Of a DNA stretch of 64,000 bases, positions 54,726-62,481 are shown piece by piece; position 1 is the first letter of the stretch, and each line of letters starts with the position of its first letter. The position numbers and the translations under genes were made by a program. Source of the DNA: Chloroflexota bacterium (GTDB lineage: Bacteria; Chloroflexota; Limnocylindria; Limnocylindrales; CSP1-4); NCBI GenBank assembly GCA_016191425.1, contig JACPOR010000025.1, positions 14,633 to 78,632 of the forward strand, read 5' to 3'. Below the pieces are notes generated by a model. It saw nothing but the letters and a program-made list of their open reading frames with translations, did not search any database and was not told where the DNA came from.

Positions 54726-55445
54726 TCAGGGCAGATGCTGGGCGAGGTCGGCGAGGGTGATGTCCTCTGCCGGGTCTAGGGTGATCACCCGCCCGCCCGC
54801 GTCGGCCGGGAAGAGCCAGCTGATCGTCGACACGATGACGCCGGGGCCGAAGTCGACTGCTGGAGCGGTCAGCACGACCGCCGTTCCACCTACCCTCGGA
54901 CGAGGCACGATGTCAGCGTTCCCGTTGACGAGTTCGTCGGCTCCGAGTTTGCCGCCCCCGAGCCAGTAGACGTCCGTCGGCCCGGTCGCGGTCCACTTGC
55001 CCCAAGCGACTCGTTCGAGACGCAGCCGGTAGGGCCGTCCGATGAAGTACCGGAATTCGCCAGTGTTCGACCAATCGGCATCGAGCGCCAACTCTGACGG
55101 ACGAGTCCCGTCCGGCGTATTCCAGCGCAGCGGGCCAACCGACTCGACGGTCACGACGGCGATGCCCGCGAAGATTTGGCTGTTGTCGCGGACGAACTGC
55201 GCCAGCGTCTGATAGTTGTAGCTCGCCCCTGCGCCAACGAGGCTCTCGCCGTGCGGCCCGGCGGAGGGCGAGGGTGCGGCGCTCGGGACCGCCGGCTGGC
55301 TGGGTGCGATGGTGGGACCGGGGCCGGCGATCCCGCTGGGTGCGGCGGTGGGGGCTGGGACCGTGGTCGGGTTCGCGGCGCCCGCGCAGCCGGCCACGGC
55401 GAGCGCGAGCGAGAGCGTGGCCTGGACGATACGAAGGCGGTTCAG
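54726..55445 (-). CDS. hypothetical lipoprotein, paralog 2 (probable non-canonical CTG start)
   Basis: Paralog of the upstream gene. The lipobox LAVAGC requires an N-terminal extension beyond the ORF-track start (55397). An in-frame CTG at 55445 aligns with the ATG of the paralog and overlaps its stop as CTGA. Confidence 0.6.
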   Translation of the reverse strand: MNRLRIVQATLSLALAVAGCAGAANPTTVPAPTAAPSGIAGPGPTIAPSQPAVPSAAPSPSAGPHGESLVGAGASYNYQTLAQFVRDNSQIFAGIAVVTVESVGPLRWNTPDGTRPSELALDADWSNTGEFRYFIGRPYRLRLERVAWGKWTATGPTDVYWLGGGKLGADELVNGNADIVPRPRVGGTAVVLTAPAVDFGPGVIVSTISWLFPADAGGRVITLDPAEDITLADLAQHLP

Positions 55446-56167
55446 GGCAGATGCTGGGCGAGGTCGCCGAGGGTGATGTCCTCTGCCGGGTCGATCGTGG
55501 TCACCCGCCCGCTCGCGTCGACCGGGAAGACGAAGCCGATCGTCCTCACCGGCGGCTGAGGCTGGGAGACCATCGGCGTGATCGTTAGGGCCACCGCCAA
55601 GCCACCGTCAACGGGAGCAGGCACTAGGGCCGCGCTCCCGTTGACGTACTCGTCCGCACCGAGCTTGCCGCCCGGGATCCAGTAGACCTCGGTCGGGCCT
55701 TTCGCGGTCCAGTCGCCCCACGCTACTCGTTCGAGGCGAAGGCCAAAGGCTCGGCCGATCATGTACCGCGCCGCGGTCGGGTTCGACCAATCGGCATCGA
55801 GCGCCAACTCTGACGGACGAGTCCCGTCCGGCGTATTCCAGCGCAGAGGGCTGGCCGACGCGATGCGCACGACGGCGACACCCTGAATGACCTGGCGATT
55901 GTCGCGGATGAACTGCGCCAGCGTCTGATAGTTGAATATCGAGGTTGCAGCGACGAGGCTCTCGCCGTGCGGCCCGGCGGAGGCCAACGGTGCGGCGCTC
56001 GGGACCGCCGGCTGGCTCGGTGCCATGGTGGGACCGAAGCCGGCGACCCCGCTGGGTTTCGCGCTGGGAGCTGGGACCGTGGTCGGGTTTGCGGCGCCCG
56101 CGCAGCCGGCCACGGCGAGCGCGAGCGCGAGTGCGAGCGTGGCCTGGATGACGCGGCCGCGAGTCAT
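55442..56167 (-). CDS. hypothetical lipoprotein, paralog 1
   Basis: MTRGRVIQATLALALALAVAGCAGA signal/lipobox. ATG at 56167 overlaps the upstream stop as ATGA. C-terminus DPAEDITLGDLAQHLP. Confidence 0.7.
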   Translation of the reverse strand: MTRGRVIQATLALALALAVAGCAGAANPTTVPAPSAKPSGVAGFGPTMAPSQPAVPSAAPLASAGPHGESLVAATSIFNYQTLAQFIRDNRQVIQGVAVVRIASASPLRWNTPDGTRPSELALDADWSNPTAARYMIGRAFGLRLERVAWGDWTAKGPTEVYWIPGGKLGADEYVNGSAALVPAPVDGGLAVALTITPMVSQPQPPVRTIGFVFPVDASGRVTTIDPAEDITLGDLAQHLP

Positions 56168-56868
56168 GGCTGGGGAGACGACACGCACGGCGGCGGGTAG
56201 CAGCCGCTCGGGTCGGTCCCATAGCGCGCGTGGAGGGCGCCGGTGTCGGCCAGACCGAGGCTCCTGCGGACACCAAAAGGAACGTGGCTGGCCTGATCAG
56301 GCACGTACTGTACGACCGACTCGCCGTAGGTCGTCGGCCCCTGGGCGTCATGTGACGTGGTGGGAAGGTGGTGGGCGAGCGTCGCGATGTGACCCAGCTC
56401 GTTGAGCCCGACGGTCTCGACGTCGTAGCGCGGCGTGTCCGTACAGCTCGTCGAGGTTCCGTCGGTCCAGCACCACTGGGTCGCGTACCACACGGTCCAG
56501 GTCAGGTTCGCCGGAGAGTACTGCGCACAGGCGCCCCAGAGAATTGGTCCGCTGAGGCCACATGTCGACGCGTTCGAACGCAGCGAGACGACCCCATTGG
56601 CACTGGAGGCGGTCGTCAGCTCGAAGTCCGCGTTCCGCGAGTCCTGGTGACCGATCGTCGTCACCGCCCGGCTGACGGCGCTCCGCATCCAGCCGATGCT
56701 GAAGCTCGAATCGAAGCGATAGGTCCCCAGGTAATCGGTCGGCCACTGCCAGCTGCCGAGGTATCCGTCGTTGTGGGCGGAGGCCGTCGCCGGTACCGAC
56801 CCCGCGAGGATCACGCCGGCCAGCAACGCCACGAGCTTGACCCTGGCCGTACGGGTGGTTCCTTGCAT
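56164..56868 (-). CDS. secreted Cys-rich hypothetical protein with degenerate metzincin-like motif
   Basis: Sec signal ending ATASA. 8 Cys. GLNELGHIATLAHH resembles HExxHxxGxxH, but the first His is Asn. Confidence 0.6.
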   Translation of the reverse strand: MQGTTRTARVKLVALLAGVILAGSVPATASAHNDGYLGSWQWPTDYLGTYRFDSSFSIGWMRSAVSRAVTTIGHQDSRNADFELTTASSANGVVSLRSNASTCGLSGPILWGACAQYSPANLTWTVWYATQWCWTDGTSTSCTDTPRYDVETVGLNELGHIATLAHHLPTTSHDAQGPTTYGESVVQYVPDQASHVPFGVRRSLGLADTGALHARYGTDPSGCYPPPCVSSPQP

Positions 56869-56875
56869 TGGCGTG

Positions 56876-56906
56876 ACCCTACAGGGAGACGGGGGGGGGG
56901 CGTCAA
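56876..56906 (-). promoter_or_regulatory. candidate promoter: TTGACG, 19-nt spacer containing C10, TAGGGT; near-leaderless
   Basis: The minus strand reads TTGACGccccccccccgtctccctgTAGGGTcacgccaATG. The homopolymer occupies 56891-56900. Confidence 0.3.
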
Positions 56907-57019
56907 GCGGGACTGTAGAATTGGCTGGGGTCTATTCTTCAGGCACGGCGACGCGTCCCCGTCCGTGGCGTCTCCTGCCCGTTTGCGGAGAAAGAGCGGG
57001 GGTCCCGGACACACCGTCA

Positions 57020-57577
57020 TCAGACCCGCGTCTGGTACTCGCCGGTTCGGGTATCCACGCGGACCGTGTCGCCCTCGGCCACGAACAGGGGCACGCTCAC
57101 GACGAGGCCGCTCTCCAGCGTCGCACTCTTGCGGGCGCCCTGGGCCGTGTCGCCCGCGAACCCGGGTTCCGTCTCGGTGACCACGAGATCGACCGTGACG
57201 GGCAGTTCCACGCCGATCGTCTCGCCCTGGTAGGTGGTCCGATCGAGGATCATCCCGTCCTTCAGGTATTGCGTCGTTTCAGCCAGCTGGTCGGCGCGCA
57301 GCACGAACTGGTCATAGGTGTCCGTGTCCATGAAATGGAAGTCATCCGCGTCCCGATAGAGGAACTGGACGGGTCGACGCTCCATCGAGGCGCGCGGCCA
57401 CTTGGTGCCGGCCTGGAACGAACGCTCCACGGTCCCGCCGCGGCGGATGTTCCGGAGGGAGATCCGGACCTGGGCGGATCCGCGACCCATCTTGATGTGG
57501 TGATAGTCGAGGATCTGCCAGAGTTCGCCGTCAAGCTCAATGGCAACGCCCTTGCGAAGTTCGCCCGTGCTGATCAT
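57020..57577 (-). CDS. efp: elongation factor P
   Basis: MISTGELRKGVAIELDGELW..., a full three-domain EF-P. ATG at 57577 behind GGAGCC. The loop-tip residue is Arg32 (KMGRGSA). Confidence 0.95.
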   Translation of the reverse strand: MISTGELRKGVAIELDGELWQILDYHHIKMGRGSAQVRISLRNIRRGGTVERSFQAGTKWPRASMERRPVQFLYRDADDFHFMDTDTYDQFVLRADQLAETTQYLKDGMILDRTTYQGETIGVELPVTVDLVVTETEPGFAGDTAQGARKSATLESGLVVSVPLFVAEGDTVRVDTRTGEYQTRV

Positions 57578-57724
57578 GGAAGCAGGCTCCTGGTCTGGCG
57601 GCCGTTCGCGCGCTGGGCACGCCGGGCCGAGGTCGCGAGTGAGGTGCTGTCGGACGATTGTAGCCGAGGCCGACCGCCGGACGGCCATCCTCGGACGGCA
57701 TGCCACCCGTCGCGCTGCCGTGGT

Positions 57725-58972
57725 CTACGAGCCCACGACCACCACGTCTCGCGGAAACCGGGTCACGAGCTCCAGAGTCCCGGCCGCCGCGTCGAACACC
57801 GCGAGGTCCTCGATCCGGACGCCGGTCTCACCCTCCAGGTAGATCCCCGGCTCGATCGAGAAGACCGTCGGCGACGGGAGTGGCGTCGCTGCCGCCGAGC
57901 GGCCCAGGGAAGGCAGCTCGTGCGTCGCGAGGCCGATCCCGTGACCCAGGCCGTGCTGGTACGCCGGCCAGCGGCCATCCGACTCGATGGAGGCCCGGGC
58001 CACGCCATCGATGGATCGTCCGTCCGGGAGTGGCGCGGCGTGTCGCGCCGCGATCAGGCCTGCCCGAAGCGCGTCGAAGGCGGCAGTCTGAGCCGTGGCG
58101 ACCGTCTCGTACACGGCAAGGTCACGGCTCGTCGGCTCGCCTACGAAGAGGGTCCGCGTCATGTCGCTTCGGTAGCCCGCAACCTGCGCGCCGAAGTCGA
58201 AGAGGAGGACGGCACCCGAGCGGACGGGTCGATCTCCCGGGGATCCATGGGGCAGTGCGGCCTCCGCTCCGGCAAGGCAGGTGACATCGAACGCCAGGGC
58301 CTCGGCCCCGCCCGTGCGCATCCGCCACTCGAGATCCAGGGCGAGCTCGCGCTCCGTGACGCCCGCGCGGATCGACGGCAGCAGCGAGGCCAGGGCGCGA
58401 TCGGCAACCGCGCAGGCGGCGGCGATCCGCTCGATCTCCGTGGGCTCCTTGACCTGTCGGTCTGCCTCGACCCATCCCTCCACCGGCACGAGCTCGATCC
58501 CGGGGGCTGCGGCCGCCAGGTTCTGCCACATCGCGTGGGCCACGAATCCGGCTTCGACCGCGACCCGCCGGACCCCCGATTCCGCCAGCAGGATCGGCCA
58601 GCGCTCGCCGAGGTTGTTGTAGCAGTCGAAGAGCCGGGCATGCGATGCCTCACGTCGCGCCTGGATCGTGTACCGATTGTCCGCGAGGACGCGCACGTCG
58701 TCCGGCGTCACCAGGAACATCCCTGAGTTCCCCGCCGACGGAATCTCAGTCTCGGCCAGCGTGAAGCCGGTCAGATAGCGCATGTGCTCGCGTCGAACCC
58801 CGAAGTAGCCGTCGACGCCCGCCTCCTCCATTCGGGCCCGCAGACGGGCCAGGCGCTGCGGCCGTGCATCCCGATCGGCTGTGGCCCATCGTTCGAGATC
58901 GGCGCCAGTCGGCGGGGGCGCGAAGTCCACGGGCCGAGGCCAGGTATCGGAACGGACGTTCCGGACGGTCAC
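57725..58972 (-). CDS. pepP: Xaa-Pro aminopeptidase (M24 family)
   Basis: Creatinase-like N-domain, then DFGAQVAGYRSDMTRT, HGLGHGIGLATHE and EPGIY metal-ligand motifs. GTG at 58972 overlaps the mltG stop (GTGA). Confidence 0.85.
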   Translation of the reverse strand: MTVRNVRSDTWPRPVDFAPPPTGADLERWATADRDARPQRLARLRARMEEAGVDGYFGVRREHMRYLTGFTLAETEIPSAGNSGMFLVTPDDVRVLADNRYTIQARREASHARLFDCYNNLGERWPILLAESGVRRVAVEAGFVAHAMWQNLAAAAPGIELVPVEGWVEADRQVKEPTEIERIAAACAVADRALASLLPSIRAGVTERELALDLEWRMRTGGAEALAFDVTCLAGAEAALPHGSPGDRPVRSGAVLLFDFGAQVAGYRSDMTRTLFVGEPTSRDLAVYETVATAQTAAFDALRAGLIAARHAAPLPDGRSIDGVARASIESDGRWPAYQHGLGHGIGLATHELPSLGRSAAATPLPSPTVFSIEPGIYLEGETGVRIEDLAVFDAAAGTLELVTRFPRDVVVVGS

Positions 58973-60357
58973 AGGTAGCCGTACTTCCTGCGGTTCGCGT
59001 TGTGCTCCGCGAGGGTCTTGGCGAAGACGTGCTGCCCGGAGTCGCCCGGAATCGCCAGGAAGTAGAGGTATCCGTCCGCGGTATCCGGCTCCAGGGCGGC
59101 GTCGATGGAGAGAATGGTCGGGCTGGATATCGGCCCCGGCGGCAACCCTCGATTCTGGTACGTCTGGTAGCCGGCGAGATCGTCCGGCAACTGGACGTTG
59201 CCCACGCCGACCTCGGGAATGCCCCAGAAGAAGTAGGTCTGCCATTGATCGAAGGGGAGCTTGCGCAGCGCGACCGTGTCGGCCGCGTAGAGCACCGTCG
59301 GGTCGGAGTTGAGGATCCTCTTGAGGCCACCCTTGCCGTCGAGGCGGTTCTGGTAGACCCCGGCGATGAGGGGACGCTCCTCGTCCAGGACGGCCTCGCG
59401 CTCGACGATCGAGGCCAGCACGAGCACCTGATAGAAGGTCAGCCCGCGGCTCTCGGGAACACCGAGTCGGACGTCGCCGACCGCATCGTGGAACTTGGTC
59501 AGCATCAGCCGAACCAGGGAATCCGCGGTCGTGACCTCGTACGGACCGCCGTTGGCGGCCGTCACGAGGGTGTACGTCGCCGGATACAAGAACCCCTCGA
59601 GGCTCGCACCGTCCGGCAGCTTCAGCCACGGGAAGTCCGCGAGGAGCGTCGCCGTCGGCTTGGTCACGAGGTCGTAGAAGGCCTGCGGGTCCACGCCGGA
59701 CGAGACCGTCTGGAGTTTGGCGACGATCTGTTCCAGCCGGAGCCCCTCCCTGAACGTCACGTCAACCGTGGTCACCGTCACCCGGGCTTCCACGATCGCC
59801 GTGACGAGATCGGACGGGGTCATGTCGTGGCGAAGCAGGAACAGCCCCGCCTGAAGCTTCTCGGCAAGGCCGGCCTCGGCGGCCGTGAAGAGGAATACCC
59901 GCTCGGACACCACGAACCCCTCGTCACGGAGGCGCGTCGCGAGCGATCCGACCGTCTCGCCCGATTGCACCTCGAACACGACCTCATCGGCGCTCCCGGG
60001 TGCCGGGTCGGTCAGGGCCGGACCGAGGTCCTCGCGGATGAAGTCTGCCACGAACGGCAGCCGAAGCGACCCCTGGTTATCCCAGGCCCACCCGACGACC
60101 GCGGCCCGGGCCAGCGGCCGGAGGGCGGTCAGGAGCGCGATGACGACGGCGATCGCGAGCAGTCCGGCGAACAGCACGAACCGGAGGAACCCGTTGAGAC
60201 CGCCTGGGTGACCCCCCCGCCGCTCAGGGCGCTTCCCATTGGGCGGACCGCCGCGTCCGTCCGAAGCGCGCCAGGACGGCATGTCCGCGCCCTCATGGGC
60301 ACCCGGGGCCATGGGCCGTGCCTGGTCGCGCGGGTTGCGCCCGCCTCGCAGACTCAT
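58969..60357 (-). CDS. mltG: endolytic murein transglycosylase MltG (YceG-like)
   Basis: N-terminal TM helix, ASIVEREA, YQNRL, NSDPTVLYA, and YQTYQNRGLPPGPISSP. Confidence 0.9.
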   Translation of the reverse strand: MSLRGGRNPRDQARPMAPGAHEGADMPSWRASDGRGGPPNGKRPERRGGHPGGLNGFLRFVLFAGLLAIAVVIALLTALRPLARAAVVGWAWDNQGSLRLPFVADFIREDLGPALTDPAPGSADEVVFEVQSGETVGSLATRLRDEGFVVSERVFLFTAAEAGLAEKLQAGLFLLRHDMTPSDLVTAIVEARVTVTTVDVTFREGLRLEQIVAKLQTVSSGVDPQAFYDLVTKPTATLLADFPWLKLPDGASLEGFLYPATYTLVTAANGGPYEVTTADSLVRLMLTKFHDAVGDVRLGVPESRGLTFYQVLVLASIVEREAVLDEERPLIAGVYQNRLDGKGGLKRILNSDPTVLYAADTVALRKLPFDQWQTYFFWGIPEVGVGNVQLPDDLAGYQTYQNRGLPPGPISSPTILSIDAALEPDTADGYLYFLAIPGDSGQHVFAKTLAEHNANRRKYGYL

Positions 60358-60842
60358 CGGCCCGACTCCGGGCCGGTCTGGGCAGCGCCGTCCGCGACGA
60401 GCCCCGCCTCGAGCTCGTCCTCGAGAATGATGGCGGCGGCTTCCCGATCCACCCGCGAACGATAGCGGTCTCGCTGCGTGGGCGTCGGGGCGCCGCCGGA
60501 GCGCCCTCTCGGCATCGGACCGATCCGGGCTTCGGCCCGATGGCTGCTCAGGCGCTCATCGCGCAGGCGCATCGGGATCCCGAGGGCGTCGCTCATCGCC
60601 ATGGCCCAGGCCCGTGCCGCCTGGGCCATGGGTCCCTCATCACCGTTCGCGTTCAGCGGCAGGCCCACCACCAGGACATCGATTGCCTGCTCTAGGACGA
60701 CCGCCGAGAGCCGCTCGGCATCGGCGGTCGTGCTGGCTGCCCGGGGGATCGTCGCCAGCGGATGGGCCGGGTCACGGCCCGGTTCGGCGATCGCGAGCCC
60801 GATCCGGCGCTCACCGAGGTCGATCCCGAGCAGCCGGGTCAT
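60354..60842 (-). CDS. ruvX: Holliday junction resolvase-like RuvX (YqgF)
   Basis: LLGIDLGERRIGLAIA and DERLSS motifs. Confidence 0.9.
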   Translation of the reverse strand: MTRLLGIDLGERRIGLAIAEPGRDPAHPLATIPRAASTTADAERLSAVVLEQAIDVLVVGLPLNANGDEGPMAQAARAWAMAMSDALGIPMRLRDERLSSHRAEARIGPMPRGRSGGAPTPTQRDRYRSRVDREAAAIILEDELEAGLVADGAAQTGPESGR

Positions 60843-62479
60843 GGCGCCGCTCCAGTCGCCGTAAACGATCCGGGACTGCCTGCCGGGGACGAGCCCGTGG
60901 CTGCCGGTGTTTCAATCGTCAGGGTCACCCGGCTGTCGCTCTGTGGAATCGTCGTGACCCATTCCGGCCAGACCGTGATCGTGACCTCGCCATAGGATTC
61001 GAGGATCGTCCGCGCCTGGGGCAGGCCGAGGCCACGGATCCTGGCCAGCAGTGCCGGCCCGTCGACCTGCCTGGTCTCGGTGGCACGGACCACGATCGGG
61101 AAGGTGATCGTGGTACCGGCCACGATCGGCGTTCCGGGGACGCTCGAGATGGACGCTTCATCGAGTTCGAACCCATCGTCGACCGAGGATCGCAACCGCG
61201 CATCGGCAAGCGTCGATACGGGGCCGGGATCCACCCCCAGGACCGTCCCGCGCGCCGTCGCGCCGAGTTCGAACGATGCCTGTTCGAGGCCGATGAGCGT
61301 GGTCGGAATGACCGTCGGCGTCGACGGCCCGAGAGCGCGGGTCTGCGGGAAGAGCGTCGTTCCGGGTGGGACGTCGATCACGCCCGTCAGCTGGTCCTCG
61401 AACTGCTGGGCCAGGGCCGCATCGAGCGCCTTGAGTGCGGCGTCGATGTCCGCCTGCTGGACGACGGGAAGTTCCTCGCGCGTCCCGCCGGCGGTCGGGG
61501 CGTCGTTCTTCACGAGGGTTCGCTGCGGGTTCTCGCGCTCCGGGACGATCACGATCGCGCCGGCGTCGACATTGCCGGCGAGCCCGGGTACGACCGCCTC
61601 GATCGCGATCTTGCGGGTGGACGGGATCACCACGAACTTGCCGTCGATGATCCCGATCTGGGCGGCCGGCAATGTCACGGGACCCGTGGTCCGGAACTCG
61701 ACGCCGGACTGTGTCTTGACGACCGAGCCACCGGCAATCGAATTCGACGCCCCGGTGTTCAGGCTCGAGAACGTCACCTCGCCGGTCGCCGCGGCCTCGG
61801 TGATCGATAGACCCGTTGACGGAAACATGTCGGACGCCGACACCTCAAAGGAGAACTTCGTGGCCGGTACGAGCAGGCCCACCGGATCCGGCTGGGTGAT
61901 GCCGGGCTGGGCCGTCACGCTGAGCGAGATCGGGCCGATCGTGGCCACGGACGGGACCAGGACGATCGTCGCGCTCGGCAGCAGCTGGAAGGCAGTGACG
62001 CCCCCGGCGGCCAGGATGGCCACCAGGACGAGCACCAGAGCCAGGGCACGCCCGCGCCGGGAGCTCGATGACCTCCTGCCGACTTGCGGGACCGGGGTCG
62101 AGGTCCGCGGCCTCGGAATCGCCTCGCCCGTTGGAACCCGGAGGGTGGGACTGTCATCAAGTGGCACCGCACGTGGTGCCGTCCCTCCACGGGGCGTCGG
62201 GACAACGGCCGACCCCGCCTCGAACGCGGCCACCGAGACATGCGTGGGCAGACCCGCCGAGGCGGCGAGGGCCCGGGCCGACGCGTCGCCAGTCACGATC
62301 TCGACCGTCTTGTGGTGCGTGGCTGCCTCCCGGGCGAGGAGCCGGAAGTTGATGCGCGACGTGGCGAGTCGCGACCCGGGTGGCAGGACGAGGGCGATTC
62401 GTCCTTCCTTCAGGAGACGCAGCCGCGCCGCCGCCGAGGTGATCTCGTCGTCGGTGTCCAGGTAGATGAGCGCGGTCAC
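60839..62479 (-). CDS. hypothetical single-pass membrane protein (546 aa), possible baseplate-J-like segment
   Basis: Cytoplasmic N-domain (IYLDTDDEITS...RINFRLLAREA), TM helix ALALVLVLVAILAAGGV, and a large beta-rich ectodomain. PGLAGNVDAGAI is reminiscent of the G..GNV..G.I signature of baseplate J/gp47-like proteins; this is from recall only. Confidence 0.55.
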   Translation of the reverse strand: MTALIYLDTDDEITSAAARLRLLKEGRIALVLPPGSRLATSRINFRLLAREAATHHKTVEIVTGDASARALAASAGLPTHVSVAAFEAGSAVVPTPRGGTAPRAVPLDDSPTLRVPTGEAIPRPRTSTPVPQVGRRSSSSRRGRALALVLVLVAILAAGGVTAFQLLPSATIVLVPSVATIGPISLSVTAQPGITQPDPVGLLVPATKFSFEVSASDMFPSTGLSITEAAATGEVTFSSLNTGASNSIAGGSVVKTQSGVEFRTTGPVTLPAAQIGIIDGKFVVIPSTRKIAIEAVVPGLAGNVDAGAIVIVPERENPQRTLVKNDAPTAGGTREELPVVQQADIDAALKALDAALAQQFEDQLTGVIDVPPGTTLFPQTRALGPSTPTVIPTTLIGLEQASFELGATARGTVLGVDPGPVSTLADARLRSSVDDGFELDEASISSVPGTPIVAGTTITFPIVVRATETRQVDGPALLARIRGLGLPQARTILESYGEVTITVWPEWVTTIPQSDSRVTLTIETPAATGSSPAGSPGSFTATGAAP

Positions 62480-62481
62480 GG

